Shown here piece after piece: positions 1 to 7,820 of a DNA stretch of 50,825 nt; position 1 is the first letter of the stretch; the number at the start of each line of letters is the position of its first letter. The stretch comes from Hyphomonas sp. (GTDB lineage: Bacteria; Pseudomonadota; Alphaproteobacteria; Caulobacterales; Hyphomonadaceae). The translations under genes and the position numbers were made by a program. The notes beneath the pieces are model-generated. The model ran no database searches. It was not told the origin of the DNA and was given only the letters and a program-made list of their open reading frames with translations. The stretch spans positions 1 through 50,825 of the forward strand of contig NZ_JBBEBT010000368.1 in NCBI RefSeq assembly GCF_040882205.1, written 5' to 3'.

Positions 1-1
1 C

Positions 2-37
2 GCAAAGAGCAAGCCCTATATTATCGGCGTTGCCTGA
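2..37 (+). CDS. 3' end of upstream gene, probably FlhA (partial)
   Basis: Reads AKSKPYIIGVA-stop, with TGA overlapping the fliR ATG (TGATG). flhA-fliR-flhB is a known order in some alphaproteobacterial flagellar clusters. Only 11 codons are visible. Confidence 0.4.
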   Translation, partial: AKSKPYIIGVA

Positions 38-792
38 TGGACCTTGGTATTCCGTTGCCGGACGACCTGACGGCGTGGATTGCGCTGTTCATGATGGTCG
101 TGGCGCGGCTGTCCTTTGTCATATTCTTTCTGCCAGGGATTGGCGAACAGGTCATACCGACACGGGCCCGCGCGTTTGTGTTGATAGGCGTAGCCCTTGC
201 TATGACCACATCTGGTTTCATAGAGGCGCCTGTTGCCACAGAGCTCACTGGTCTTTTCAGTCTGCTCATGATGGAAATCTTTATCGGTTTCGGGCTCGGT
301 GTTGTGCTTCGCCTGACAATCTGGATGCTGATGATCGCAGGCTCGGTCATCGCTCAGTCGATCGGACTGGCTCAGTTCCTGGCGCCGGCGCTGGAGCACG
401 AAGCGCAGACCCTTACGGCGAACATGCTTTCAATCGCAGGCGCGGCGGTGCTGCTGTCGGTTAACTTCCATGTCGAAGTGATCGTCTCACTTCTGCGCCT
501 CTATGCAGACATTCCGCTGGGCGCGCTCACCCTGCTGAGCGGGCCGATGGTGGCACAGAGCTTTTATGCCGCATTTGGATTTGCCCTGTTGCTGGCCTGG
601 CCGTTCGTCGCCGTCAACCTGCTTTACAATATCTGTCTTGGCTTCATCAACAAGGCTTTGCCCTCCCTGATGGTGGCCTTTGTCGGCGCCCCGTTCATGG
701 TGGGTGCTGGCACGATGATGCTTGCCCTGTCGATCGCCGGCATCCTGCTTGCCTGGAAAGACCGTGCCATGCAGGTCGTCTGGTGGATCTGA
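37..792 (+). CDS. fliR: Flagellar export apparatus protein FliR
   Basis: 251 aa, very hydrophobic; ARLS..FLPGIGE..IP.R.R, EIFIGFGLG and GFINKALPSLMVAFVGAP motifs; directly upstream of flhB. Confidence 0.92.
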   Translation: MDLGIPLPDDLTAWIALFMMVVARLSFVIFFLPGIGEQVIPTRARAFVLIGVALAMTTSGFIEAPVATELTGLFSLLMMEIFIGFGLGVVLRLTIWMLMIAGSVIAQSIGLAQFLAPALEHEAQTLTANMLSIAGAAVLLSVNFHVEVIVSLLRLYADIPLGALTLLSGPMVAQSFYAAFGFALLLAWPFVAVNLLYNICLGFINKALPSLMVAFVGAPFMVGAGTMMLALSIAGILLAWKDRAMQVVWWI

Positions 793-800
793 GATAAAAG

Positions 801-1877
801 ATGGCCGAACAGGACGACAGCGCCGAAAAGGAATTTGATGCCACCGAGGAGCGCCTGCGACAGGCGCGCGAGGAGGGCAACGTTCCCCAGTCCAAGGAGG
901 CCAACGCCCTTGCGGTGATTATTGGCATCGTGGCAGCGGCTTTTATCCTGAATGCGGTCGTAGGACAGACGCTCTTCGAGGATTTTTCCTCAATGCTCTA
1001 TCACGGCGACTCTTTCGCCCGTGACATCTTCAGCGGAGGTGGCGGCGCGGCCTGGGGCTGGATCGCGAGTGTCACGCTTCATCTGCTGCCGATCTTTCTG
1101 GTGCCTGCGGTAATCGTGCTTGTTTCGCTCACCGTTCAGCAGGCCATCGTCTTTTCGCTGAAGAAGATTGAGCTCGACATCAAGAAGATCTCACCCTTTG
1201 AGAACATCAAGAAGCGCTATGGGACCAGCGGACTGCTCGATTTTCTGAAGGACACCTTAAAACTGCTCTTTGCCGTGGTGATCGGCATCGTGTTCCTCGT
1301 CCAGTTCATGGAGGACTATTACGCCAGCGCCCAGATGCAGATGGAGGACGTCTACCAGTTCACATTCGACCAGACCCTTCGGCTGATCCTGTATTTCCTT
1401 GCCTTTCAGGTCGCGCTCGCTGTGATCGACCTGCCGCTTACGCGCCAGTTACATCTCAACAAGCTGAAGATGTCGCGTGAGGACATGAAGAAGGAGATGA
1501 AGCAAAGCGAAGGCGATCCGGAGATGAAGATGAGGCGCCGCGAGAAGGCGTCAAAAATCTCGAAAGGCCAGATGATGCAGAACGTGAAGACGGCAACGGT
1601 CATCATGGTCAACCCCACCCACTACGCCGTGGCGCTGAAATGGGATCCCGAGAGCCAGAAAGCGCCGGTTTGTGTTGCAAAGGGCGTCGACGAAATTGCA
1701 GCCAGGATCCGCGAGATAGCGGCCGAGAACAAGATCCCCATTTACCGCGATCCGCCGGCTGCCCGCTCGATCTACAACCTGGTTGATATCGACGAAGAGA
1801 TACGTCCCGAGCATTTTGCTGCCGTTGCCGCGGCGATCCAGTTCATCGACCGTCTCAAGAGCCAGCCGCAGGGATAG
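801..1877 (+). CDS. flhB: Flagellar export switch protein FlhB
   Basis: N-terminal EKEFDATEERLRQAREEGNVPQSKE, KMSREDMKKEMKQSEGDP, and the NPTH autocleavage motif. Confidence 0.96.
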   Translation: MAEQDDSAEKEFDATEERLRQAREEGNVPQSKEANALAVIIGIVAAAFILNAVVGQTLFEDFSSMLYHGDSFARDIFSGGGGAAWGWIASVTLHLLPIFLVPAVIVLVSLTVQQAIVFSLKKIELDIKKISPFENIKKRYGTSGLLDFLKDTLKLLFAVVIGIVFLVQFMEDYYASAQMQMEDVYQFTFDQTLRLILYFLAFQVALAVIDLPLTRQLHLNKLKMSREDMKKEMKQSEGDPEMKMRRREKASKISKGQMMQNVKTATVIMVNPTHYAVALKWDPESQKAPVCVAKGVDEIAARIREIAAENKIPIYRDPPAARSIYNLVDIDEEIRPEHFAAVAAAIQFIDRLKSQPQG

Positions 1878-1880
1878 ATT

Positions 1881-2216
1881 ATGGCGGTCAGGAAAGATGC
1901 TCTCCGCAAGATCGTGGCGCTGAAGCGTCAAAGCGCTGAACAGAAGGTGCGGGCACTGCAGCTGGATGTGGAGGGTATCGAGGCGGCCATCAATGACCTC
2001 ATAGCCGGTCTCAAGGCGCTCGATGAAGGCAAGGCGGGCATAGAAGCCTATTTCCTGGCCCAGGCGCACGGGCATGTCGACAGGGTGATCCGCGACATTG
2101 ACGCACGAAATGCGGCGCTGCTTGTCAGGCGGTCCGAACTGGATGCGGCGCGCGAAGCGCTGAAGCGGGTTTTTCACTCACAGGAACGCCTCGACGAGGT
2201 TTTGCCGGAAGGGTAG
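1881..2216 (+). CDS. Small coiled-coil protein, FliJ-like flagellar accessory protein
   Basis: 111 aa helical/coiled-coil ORF 3 nt after flhB; function inferred from size and context only. Confidence 0.6.
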   Translation: MAVRKDALRKIVALKRQSAEQKVRALQLDVEGIEAAINDLIAGLKALDEGKAGIEAYFLAQAHGHVDRVIRDIDARNAALLVRRSELDAAREALKRVFHSQERLDEVLPEG

Positions 2217-2439
2217 GGCGCCTGCGCAGACGTCTGCTCGGATTTTCCGGCAGATAGCCGCGCCGGTCAGGCACCGCGCCCGGGCGATCCTGCAAAGGTC
2301 AGCCAGGCGCAGGTCGTCCTCCCCGGTCTGGATCAGCGCCCCGGGTGGCGCGCGTCATCAGCGGGGCCGTTCGGCCTGGTCCGGCCCGCGCCCCTTTCCC
2401 ATGTTGGCGCACGCAAGGCCGCGTCTCAGTTCAGAGGCT

Positions 2440-2473
2440 GCCTGCCCGGCAGCGCCTCGCCGACAGGGCAGGC
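2440..2473 (-). other. GC-rich inverted repeat/hairpin just 3' of the TIR-FGE gene
   Basis: GCCTGCCC (2440-2447) pairs with GGGCAGGC (2466-2473), with further inner pairing; starts 5 nt after the stop codon; no U-tract. Confidence 0.6.
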
Positions 2474-2478
2474 GCAGG

Positions 2479-4188
2479 CTAAACCGTGCGCGCCAGGCGG
2501 AACCCGTTGATGATGCCCTGGCTTGAGGTAGTGACCCGGGTTCGGGCGGCTGAGCGCAGGTTTACCGGATTGTTGACCCACGAACCGCCGCGAAGGACAC
2601 GGGGCGAGTGATCCCCCTCCCAGGCCGATCCGTCGTTCGGCGCGCCAGAATAATTATAGTGCCAGGGATCTGCGCACCATTCCCAGACATTGCCGTGCAT
2701 GTCGTGCAGGCCAAACTCATTCGCCGGGTAAGAACCAACCGGCATGGTTTTCTCATGATAGACGCCCTTATGGCCGTCGCCATATGCCTGGTGAGCATTA
2801 TAGTTTGCCTGCTTCGCCGAAATCGTCTCGCCGAAATGGAAGGCTGTCACCGTCCCGGCCCGGCAGGCATATTCCCATTCGGCTTCTGAGGGCAGGCGAA
2901 ATGCATCGCGTTTGCCGGACAGACCGAAACGCTCGTTCAGCCAGGCAATATAGGCGGTCGCACCTTCCCAGGAGACGTTGATCACCGGGCGCCGGTTCCG
3001 GCCCCAGCCATTGTCCGCCAGGTTCGGGAGCGCGGCTCCGGAATCCCGGGCTGCGTCCCATTCGGCGAAGGTCACCGTATGCTGGCCAAGGGCAAAGGCG
3101 TAACTGATGACGACCTCGTGTTGAGGAAATTCCGCCTCGGCGGCCCCGGGCTCAGCGGTTGGCGCCCCCATCAGTAAACGCCCGGGCGGGATGACGACCA
3201 TTCGCGGTTTTGGCCAGAGGGCAACCGCCGGAAGACGAACAGGGAACACCCGTTCGGCTGCCGGCTTTCCGGCCATCGCGGCCAGGACAGCGCGCATCCC
3301 CTCTCGGCCCAGCCGCGCCTCCAGCGCCTTCAGTGCGCGGTCTTCGGCCTCAGCTCTTGCCTGTTCATCATCCGCGAGTTCCTGCGCAAGCGTCAGCCGG
3401 GCGATCCCGCTGCGGCGCAATACGCTGCGGGCGTGGCTGCCGAGATGTGCAAACAGGCCTGCCCCTCTCGAGGGGTCGTCCAGAAACACGGAGATCTCGT
3501 GCGGCGACGCGTGATCGACCCCCGACCAGTCTTCCAGCTGGCGGATGTGGATCTGGGCGTTGGATGCCTCGGGCGCGCGAGGGAAAGCTTCGAGGAAGTC
3601 CTGGTAATCGCGAACAGTCAGGCTCTTTTCGATCAGTGCCCAGCGCGCCTCAGATTGCAAAGCCCGGCCTTGCCCGTTGACCAGCTCCGGCGCGGTTTGC
3701 AGGTCTGCGCGCTCCTGCTCATTTACCTGCAGGGGCAAGACGGGAGCCAGCGCCGGCGCGCGGCTGAGAAGGCGGACGGCGTTCGGGGACCGGCGCCGGT
3801 TTCCAAGGCGCTCGGCAATTGCATAAAGGAGGCTGTAGATGCCCTCGGACTCCGGCTCACCGCTCCAGTTTTTAAGGGGCAGACCCTGCGCCGTTTCGAA
3901 ACCAGGCGGCGGCTCAACCCATTCCAGGTAAACCTCGACCAGCTTCCCGCTGCTTTTGGCATGACTGGCCTCAGAACGAACAGACTTCGAGTGAACCGAC
4001 GCCGAACACCAGAGCACGATGACAATCGGTGAGGGCTCCGGATTCGTCTCGGTCTGGTCAAGCGGACCGGGAGCGGCGGAACGCTCACGGTCCCAAATTA
4101 TCTCATAGCCATGCGCTTCAAGCGTGGCTGCCAGCCGCTCGGCATGGGCCCGGCGCTCCTTCCGGAAACTCAGGAAAACATCTGTCAT
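2479..4188 (-). CDS. TIR-domain + FGE-sulfatase (SUMF1/CLec-fold) domain protein
   Basis: N-terminal MTDVFLSF..LEAHGYEIIWD..VIVLWCSASVHSKSVRSEA (TIR_2-like); C-terminal RRPVINVSWEGA, FRLPSEAEWEYACRAG, FGLHDMHGNVWEWC, RVLRGGSW..GFRLAR. Start taken at ATG 4188; the ORF is open to 4212. Confidence 0.88.
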   Translation of the reverse strand: MTDVFLSFRKERRAHAERLAATLEAHGYEIIWDRERSAAPGPLDQTETNPEPSPIVIVLWCSASVHSKSVRSEASHAKSSGKLVEVYLEWVEPPPGFETAQGLPLKNWSGEPESEGIYSLLYAIAERLGNRRRSPNAVRLLSRAPALAPVLPLQVNEQERADLQTAPELVNGQGRALQSEARWALIEKSLTVRDYQDFLEAFPRAPEASNAQIHIRQLEDWSGVDHASPHEISVFLDDPSRGAGLFAHLGSHARSVLRRSGIARLTLAQELADDEQARAEAEDRALKALEARLGREGMRAVLAAMAGKPAAERVFPVRLPAVALWPKPRMVVIPPGRLLMGAPTAEPGAAEAEFPQHEVVISYAFALGQHTVTFAEWDAARDSGAALPNLADNGWGRNRRPVINVSWEGATAYIAWLNERFGLSGKRDAFRLPSEAEWEYACRAGTVTAFHFGETISAKQANYNAHQAYGDGHKGVYHEKTMPVGSYPANEFGLHDMHGNVWEWCADPWHYNYSGAPNDGSAWEGDHSPRVLRGGSWVNNPVNLRSAARTRVTTSSQGIINGFRLARTV

Positions 4189-4344
4189 CGCCGCCTCATT
4201 AACCCAACCCATAGTCGATGGGTAATGACTTTGTCACGCCCGGTGGCGGGGGCATGCCCGGAGCCTGACCGGGGACGTCCCAGGCAGTGCCAGCGAGCCC
4301 TTGTTCACAAACGCATCCTGCGGCGCCCTCCGGCTCAAACTTCC

Positions 4345-5181
4345 CAAGGTCGGCGCGCGCGTCCTTGTTCCGTTCCGGCGCATCCGGTTCGCCATGGCGT
4401 CAGGTCACCCCCGGGGCTGAGGCGTGGGCCCCTGCCCGAAGGCGACTGACGCCCGCCTGGAAATGAAGATCGAGAATTGCGGGGTCCTTGCACGCCCTCT
4501 GAAACGCCGTCCCCGCAGATTTGGTGCAGCTTTGGTATTGTGCGGAAAAGCACTCCGGCGGGTTCAGGAATAGCGCACATTGTTCCCGCAGCAGGGCGGG
4601 GGCGTCATAGCCTGTCACATCCGGCGGCGGCACGCGTTGGTCATTGCCGTCTTTCCCGCGCGATCCGGAAAATCTCATCAATGCGCATCGCCGTCGCTAT
4701 TGCGAACTTGATGAGGCGCGTCATCGGGACCCTGCAGCGCAGGTTCCAATCGACGTTTTCGAAGTGCTTCTTGAGTTCGCTCTCCTTCGGGCGATGGCCG
4801 CCCTCGCTGGACGCACCAACCAGTCCGAGGCGGTTCAGGGCGACACGCTCGAGGCGAGCCTTTTTCCATGTGAACATGCATTCCGTGAACGGCCGCCGCG
4901 TGCATTAACAGCGTGCCGGTGAATGAGATGTCGATGGATACCGTTGACGCTCCAGCGCCTTCCTTGGCGCGGGAGAGCCCGTATTTGATGAGCTGTTCCC
5001 GCGGCAGCTGGCTGAGCGGCACATCACGCAAATCTTCGCGAAGCCGGTTCAAGGCCGCCTCCCTGGAGCGCAGCAGCGCCTTGTGCACCGTGTGCATGTC
5101 TTCAACATGTATATGGACCAGACTGACGAAACTATGCTTCCTGCTGACACGGCGGACGCCCGGCTCGATTTGCCTGATGTG
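4345..5181 (-). pseudogene. Decayed tyrosine recombinase of the dusA-associated integrase (DAI) type
   Basis: Three consecutive frames spell integrase segments: HVEDM..RSREAALNRL..RAKEGAGASTVSIDI..HAAAVHG; RVALNRLGLVG..RPKESEL..FAIATAMRIDEI; GNDQRVP..GYDA..KSAGTAFQRAC..DLHF. At least two frameshifts, the HxxR motif is missing and the N-terminus is absent. Divergent from dusA. Boundaries approximate. Confidence 0.85.
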
Positions 5182-5208
5182 ACCAAGCCTATGACATTTT
5201 TGAAAAAC

Positions 5209-6192
5209 ATGAAATATCAAGTACATAGGTTCAATATTGCGCCGATGATGGACTGGACTGACCGCCATTGCCGGGCTTTCCACCGGGTGTTGACGAAGCG
5301 CGCGCTGTTGTGGACCGAAATGGTGACGGCGGATGCGATCCTTTATGGTCCGCGCGAGCGTCTCCTCAGCTATGGTCCCGAAGAGCATCCGGTTGTGCTT
5401 CAGGTGGGTGGGTCCGATCCGGCAAAGCTAGCCGAAGCGGCGCGGATTGCGGATGGCTTCGGCTATGATGAAGTGAACCTCAATTGCGGCTGCCCGTCGG
5501 AACGTGTGCAGTCCGGCGCGTTCGGCGCCTGCCTGATGGCGGAGCCGGACCTGGTTGCGGAATGCGTTGCCGAGATGCGCCGCGCAGTCTCTATCCCGGT
5601 CACTGTCAAGAGCAGGATTTCGATCGACGACCAGCCGGCACGCGAAACTTTGTTTACCTTCGTCGAAAAAGTGTCAGCGGCGGGATGCTCTGTGTTCACG
5701 GTCCATGCGCGCGCTGCCTGGCTCAAGGGCCTCAGTCCGAAAGAGAACCGCGAGATACCGCCACTCGACTATGCCCTGGTTGGCGAGCTCAAGCGCGCGC
5801 GGCCCGATCTGACCCTTATCCTCAATGGCGGCATCACGACGCTCGATCAGTGCGCCGGGCTCCTTGGCACTTTTGACGGCGTGATGCTGGGCAGGGCCGC
5901 CTACCAGACGCCCGGTCTGCTCGGCGAAGTCGACAGGCGCCTTTTCGATGCCGCGACGTCAATCTCCGCTCCCGAAGCGATCCGCGCCTATGAGCCCTAC
6001 ATCGCTGCGCGCCTCTCCGAAGGCGCAAGCCTGCATTCCATGACGCGGCACATGCTCGGCCTGTTTGCAGGTCAGCCCGGCGCGCGCCAGTGGCGACGCA
6101 TCCTCTCGGAGCAGGCGCCCCGCAAGGGCGCCGGGCTTGATGTGCTTCACGACGCATTGGCTGCAGTGGAAGAAAATCTCCCGGCAACCTGA
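5209..6192 (+). CDS. dusA: tRNA-dihydrouridine(20/20a) synthase DusA
   Basis: IAPMMDWTDRHCR, NLNCGCPSERVQSGAFGACLM, VHARAAWLKGLSPKENREIPPLDY. Start at 5209 or 5191; the upstream ORF extension overlaps the integrase remnant. Confidence 0.95.
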   Translation: MKYQVHRFNIAPMMDWTDRHCRAFHRVLTKRALLWTEMVTADAILYGPRERLLSYGPEEHPVVLQVGGSDPAKLAEAARIADGFGYDEVNLNCGCPSERVQSGAFGACLMAEPDLVAECVAEMRRAVSIPVTVKSRISIDDQPARETLFTFVEKVSAAGCSVFTVHARAAWLKGLSPKENREIPPLDYALVGELKRARPDLTLILNGGITTLDQCAGLLGTFDGVMLGRAAYQTPGLLGEVDRRLFDAATSISAPEAIRAYEPYIAARLSEGASLHSMTRHMLGLFAGQPGARQWRRILSEQAPRKGAGLDVLHDALAAVEENLPAT

Positions 6193-6329
6193 AACCGCTA
6201 AGGTGCAGCAGCCGGGCTCAGTGCAAGCTCAAGGATGGCACACCCCGGGCACTCTGACTGCGGACTGACGCGTGCATTGGCGCCCTGCAGGTTAAGGCTC
6301 TGCTCAGTCATTCGCATTAGGCTCGGCCG

Positions 6330-7820
6330 ATGACATTGCCCCCGCCCAGCCTGTCCAAGACCGAATCGCCCGAGCAAGCCTTCCTGGCGACCGCAAGCCA
6401 TGAGATCCGCACGCCTCTGAATGGCATCCTGGGCACCGTCTCGCTCCTGCTCGAAACCGATCTTTCGCCCGCGCAGCGCGAATATGCCGAAACAATCCGT
6501 CTGTCCGGCGGGCGGCTGCTCGATCTTTTGAACAACGTGCTCGACTATGCGCGGCTCGATGCGTCGGCCGTAGAACTCGAGCAGGTAAACTTCTGTCCCC
6601 TCCAACTCGCCCGCGAAGTTGCCGAACTGCTTGCTCCGAGAGCCCACGCGGCCGGGCTGGACCTTGCCGTCCGCGCCGTCCATTGGCCAGTTCCGATTTA
6701 CGAAGGCGATGCTGGCCGCGTGCGCCAGATACTCTTCAATCTCGTCGGCAATGCGCTGAAGTTCACGCGTCACGGCGCCGTTCTCGTGGATGTCGAGCCG
6801 CATGCATCCGGCCTCACCTTGCGGGTGCGCGATACTGGCCCGGGCATTGCCGCGGAAGATCAGGTGCGTCTGTTTGAAGCTTTCCGCCAGTCGGCGACCG
6901 GAGATGCCTACCGCGATGGCGGGGTCGGGCTCGGGCTCGCCATCGTCAAGCGCCTGGCCGACCTTCTGAATAGCTCGGTCAGGGTGGATTCGTGTCCCGG
7001 GGAAGGGGCAACCTTTTCCGTTGATGTTCCCCTGCGCCTCGCGGATGCGCCGCCGCTTCAGGACCCGGCCCGGCTCTCTGGGCGTATCGGCCTTGCCGGT
7101 CTGCCGCTGGCGACCACGCTCGCCCTCGCTGCCACCATGTCCGGCCTCGAAACGGAGGCTTTCCAGATCGACCTGTCGACCGGCCACGTGCCCGCCGGAA
7201 TCGATGTAATCCTGGTGGGCGCAGATCTGCCCGAGGCCATGGTCTCTGCGCTGGCGCGCAGGGCCCCTGCGCTCGTTGTGCTGCGTCCCGAAGACCGCGG
7301 CGCCATCGGCCGGTTCCGGCAGCTCGGCTGCCGCGGCTGGCTGGTGCGGCCACTGCGCATGTCGTCGATTGCGGAACGCATCCTGCTGGCACGCAGCGGC
7401 CGGCTGGTGGCGGAAGAGCCGGAAACCGAAACCGGTGCTGGCCGGGTGCTGATTGCGGATGACAATCCCGTAAACGCGCTGATTGCACGCCGCGCCTTGG
7501 AATCAGCCGGATTTACCGTAACTGTGGCGGCAACCGGAAGCGAAGCGCTCGACGCAGCGGCGCGGATGGCGCCGGAACTTGTACTGATGGATTTGAGGAT
7601 GCCGGTCATGGACGGTTTCGAAGCAATGCGGCGCCTTCGGGCCGAGGGTTTCACCGCCCCGATCATTGCCGTGTCTGCCGAAATCAATCCAGACATCGAA
7701 CGCCGCGCCCGTGATTGCGGCGCCAGCGGAGTTGCCGCCAAGCCCCTGGATGCGCAGGCCCTGCGTTCGCTCGCGCTCCAGTGGACCGCCGGCGCCGGCC
7801 GCCTGACAGGCGCCGCATGA
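6330..7820 (+). CDS. shkA: Cytoplasmic hybrid histidine kinase (HisKA-HATPase-pseudoreceiver-receiver), ShkA-like
   Basis: SHEIRTPLNGILG H-box near the N-terminus with no sensor; NALKFT, DTGPG, GVGLGL; degenerate receiver (RPEDR..GWLVRPLR); C-terminal receiver DDN..MDLRMP..KP. Same architecture as Caulobacter ShkA. Confidence 0.8.
   Translation: MTLPPPSLSKTESPEQAFLATASHEIRTPLNGILGTVSLLLETDLSPAQREYAETIRLSGGRLLDLLNNVLDYARLDASAVELEQVNFCPLQLAREVAELLAPRAHAAGLDLAVRAVHWPVPIYEGDAGRVRQILFNLVGNALKFTRHGAVLVDVEPHASGLTLRVRDTGPGIAAEDQVRLFEAFRQSATGDAYRDGGVGLGLAIVKRLADLLNSSVRVDSCPGEGATFSVDVPLRLADAPPLQDPARLSGRIGLAGLPLATTLALAATMSGLETEAFQIDLSTGHVPAGIDVILVGADLPEAMVSALARRAPALVVLRPEDRGAIGRFRQLGCRGWLVRPLRMSSIAERILLARSGRLVAEEPETETGAGRVLIADDNPVNALIARRALESAGFTVTVAATGSEALDAAARMAPELVLMDLRMPVMDGFEAMRRLRAEGFTAPIIAVSAEINPDIERRARDCGASGVAAKPLDAQALRSLALQWTAGAGRLTGAA

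Noticed and set aside
2217-2439. Possible gene remnant on the minus strand (ALIQTGEDDLRLADL...)
   Set aside because: No start codon/RBS and no recognisable family
4225-4255. ATG ACT TTG TCA CGC CCG GTG GCG as the displaced native dusA 5' end (second att site)
   Set aside because: Right strand and plausible position, but no match to the CCGATGATGGAC core; too weak to call
4213-4345. Possible DGR template repeat between the TIR gene and the integrase remnant
   Set aside because: No AAC-rich copy of the 2479-2610 segment seen here or elsewhere in the window, and no RT gene
5083-5190. N-terminal extension of dusA in the ORF track
   Set aside because: It is the antisense strand of the integrase pseudogene; no Dus-like sequence before the APM motif
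6280-6325. CtrA box upstream of the ShkA-like gene
   Set aside because: Only a GGTTAA half-site; the other half has two mismatches
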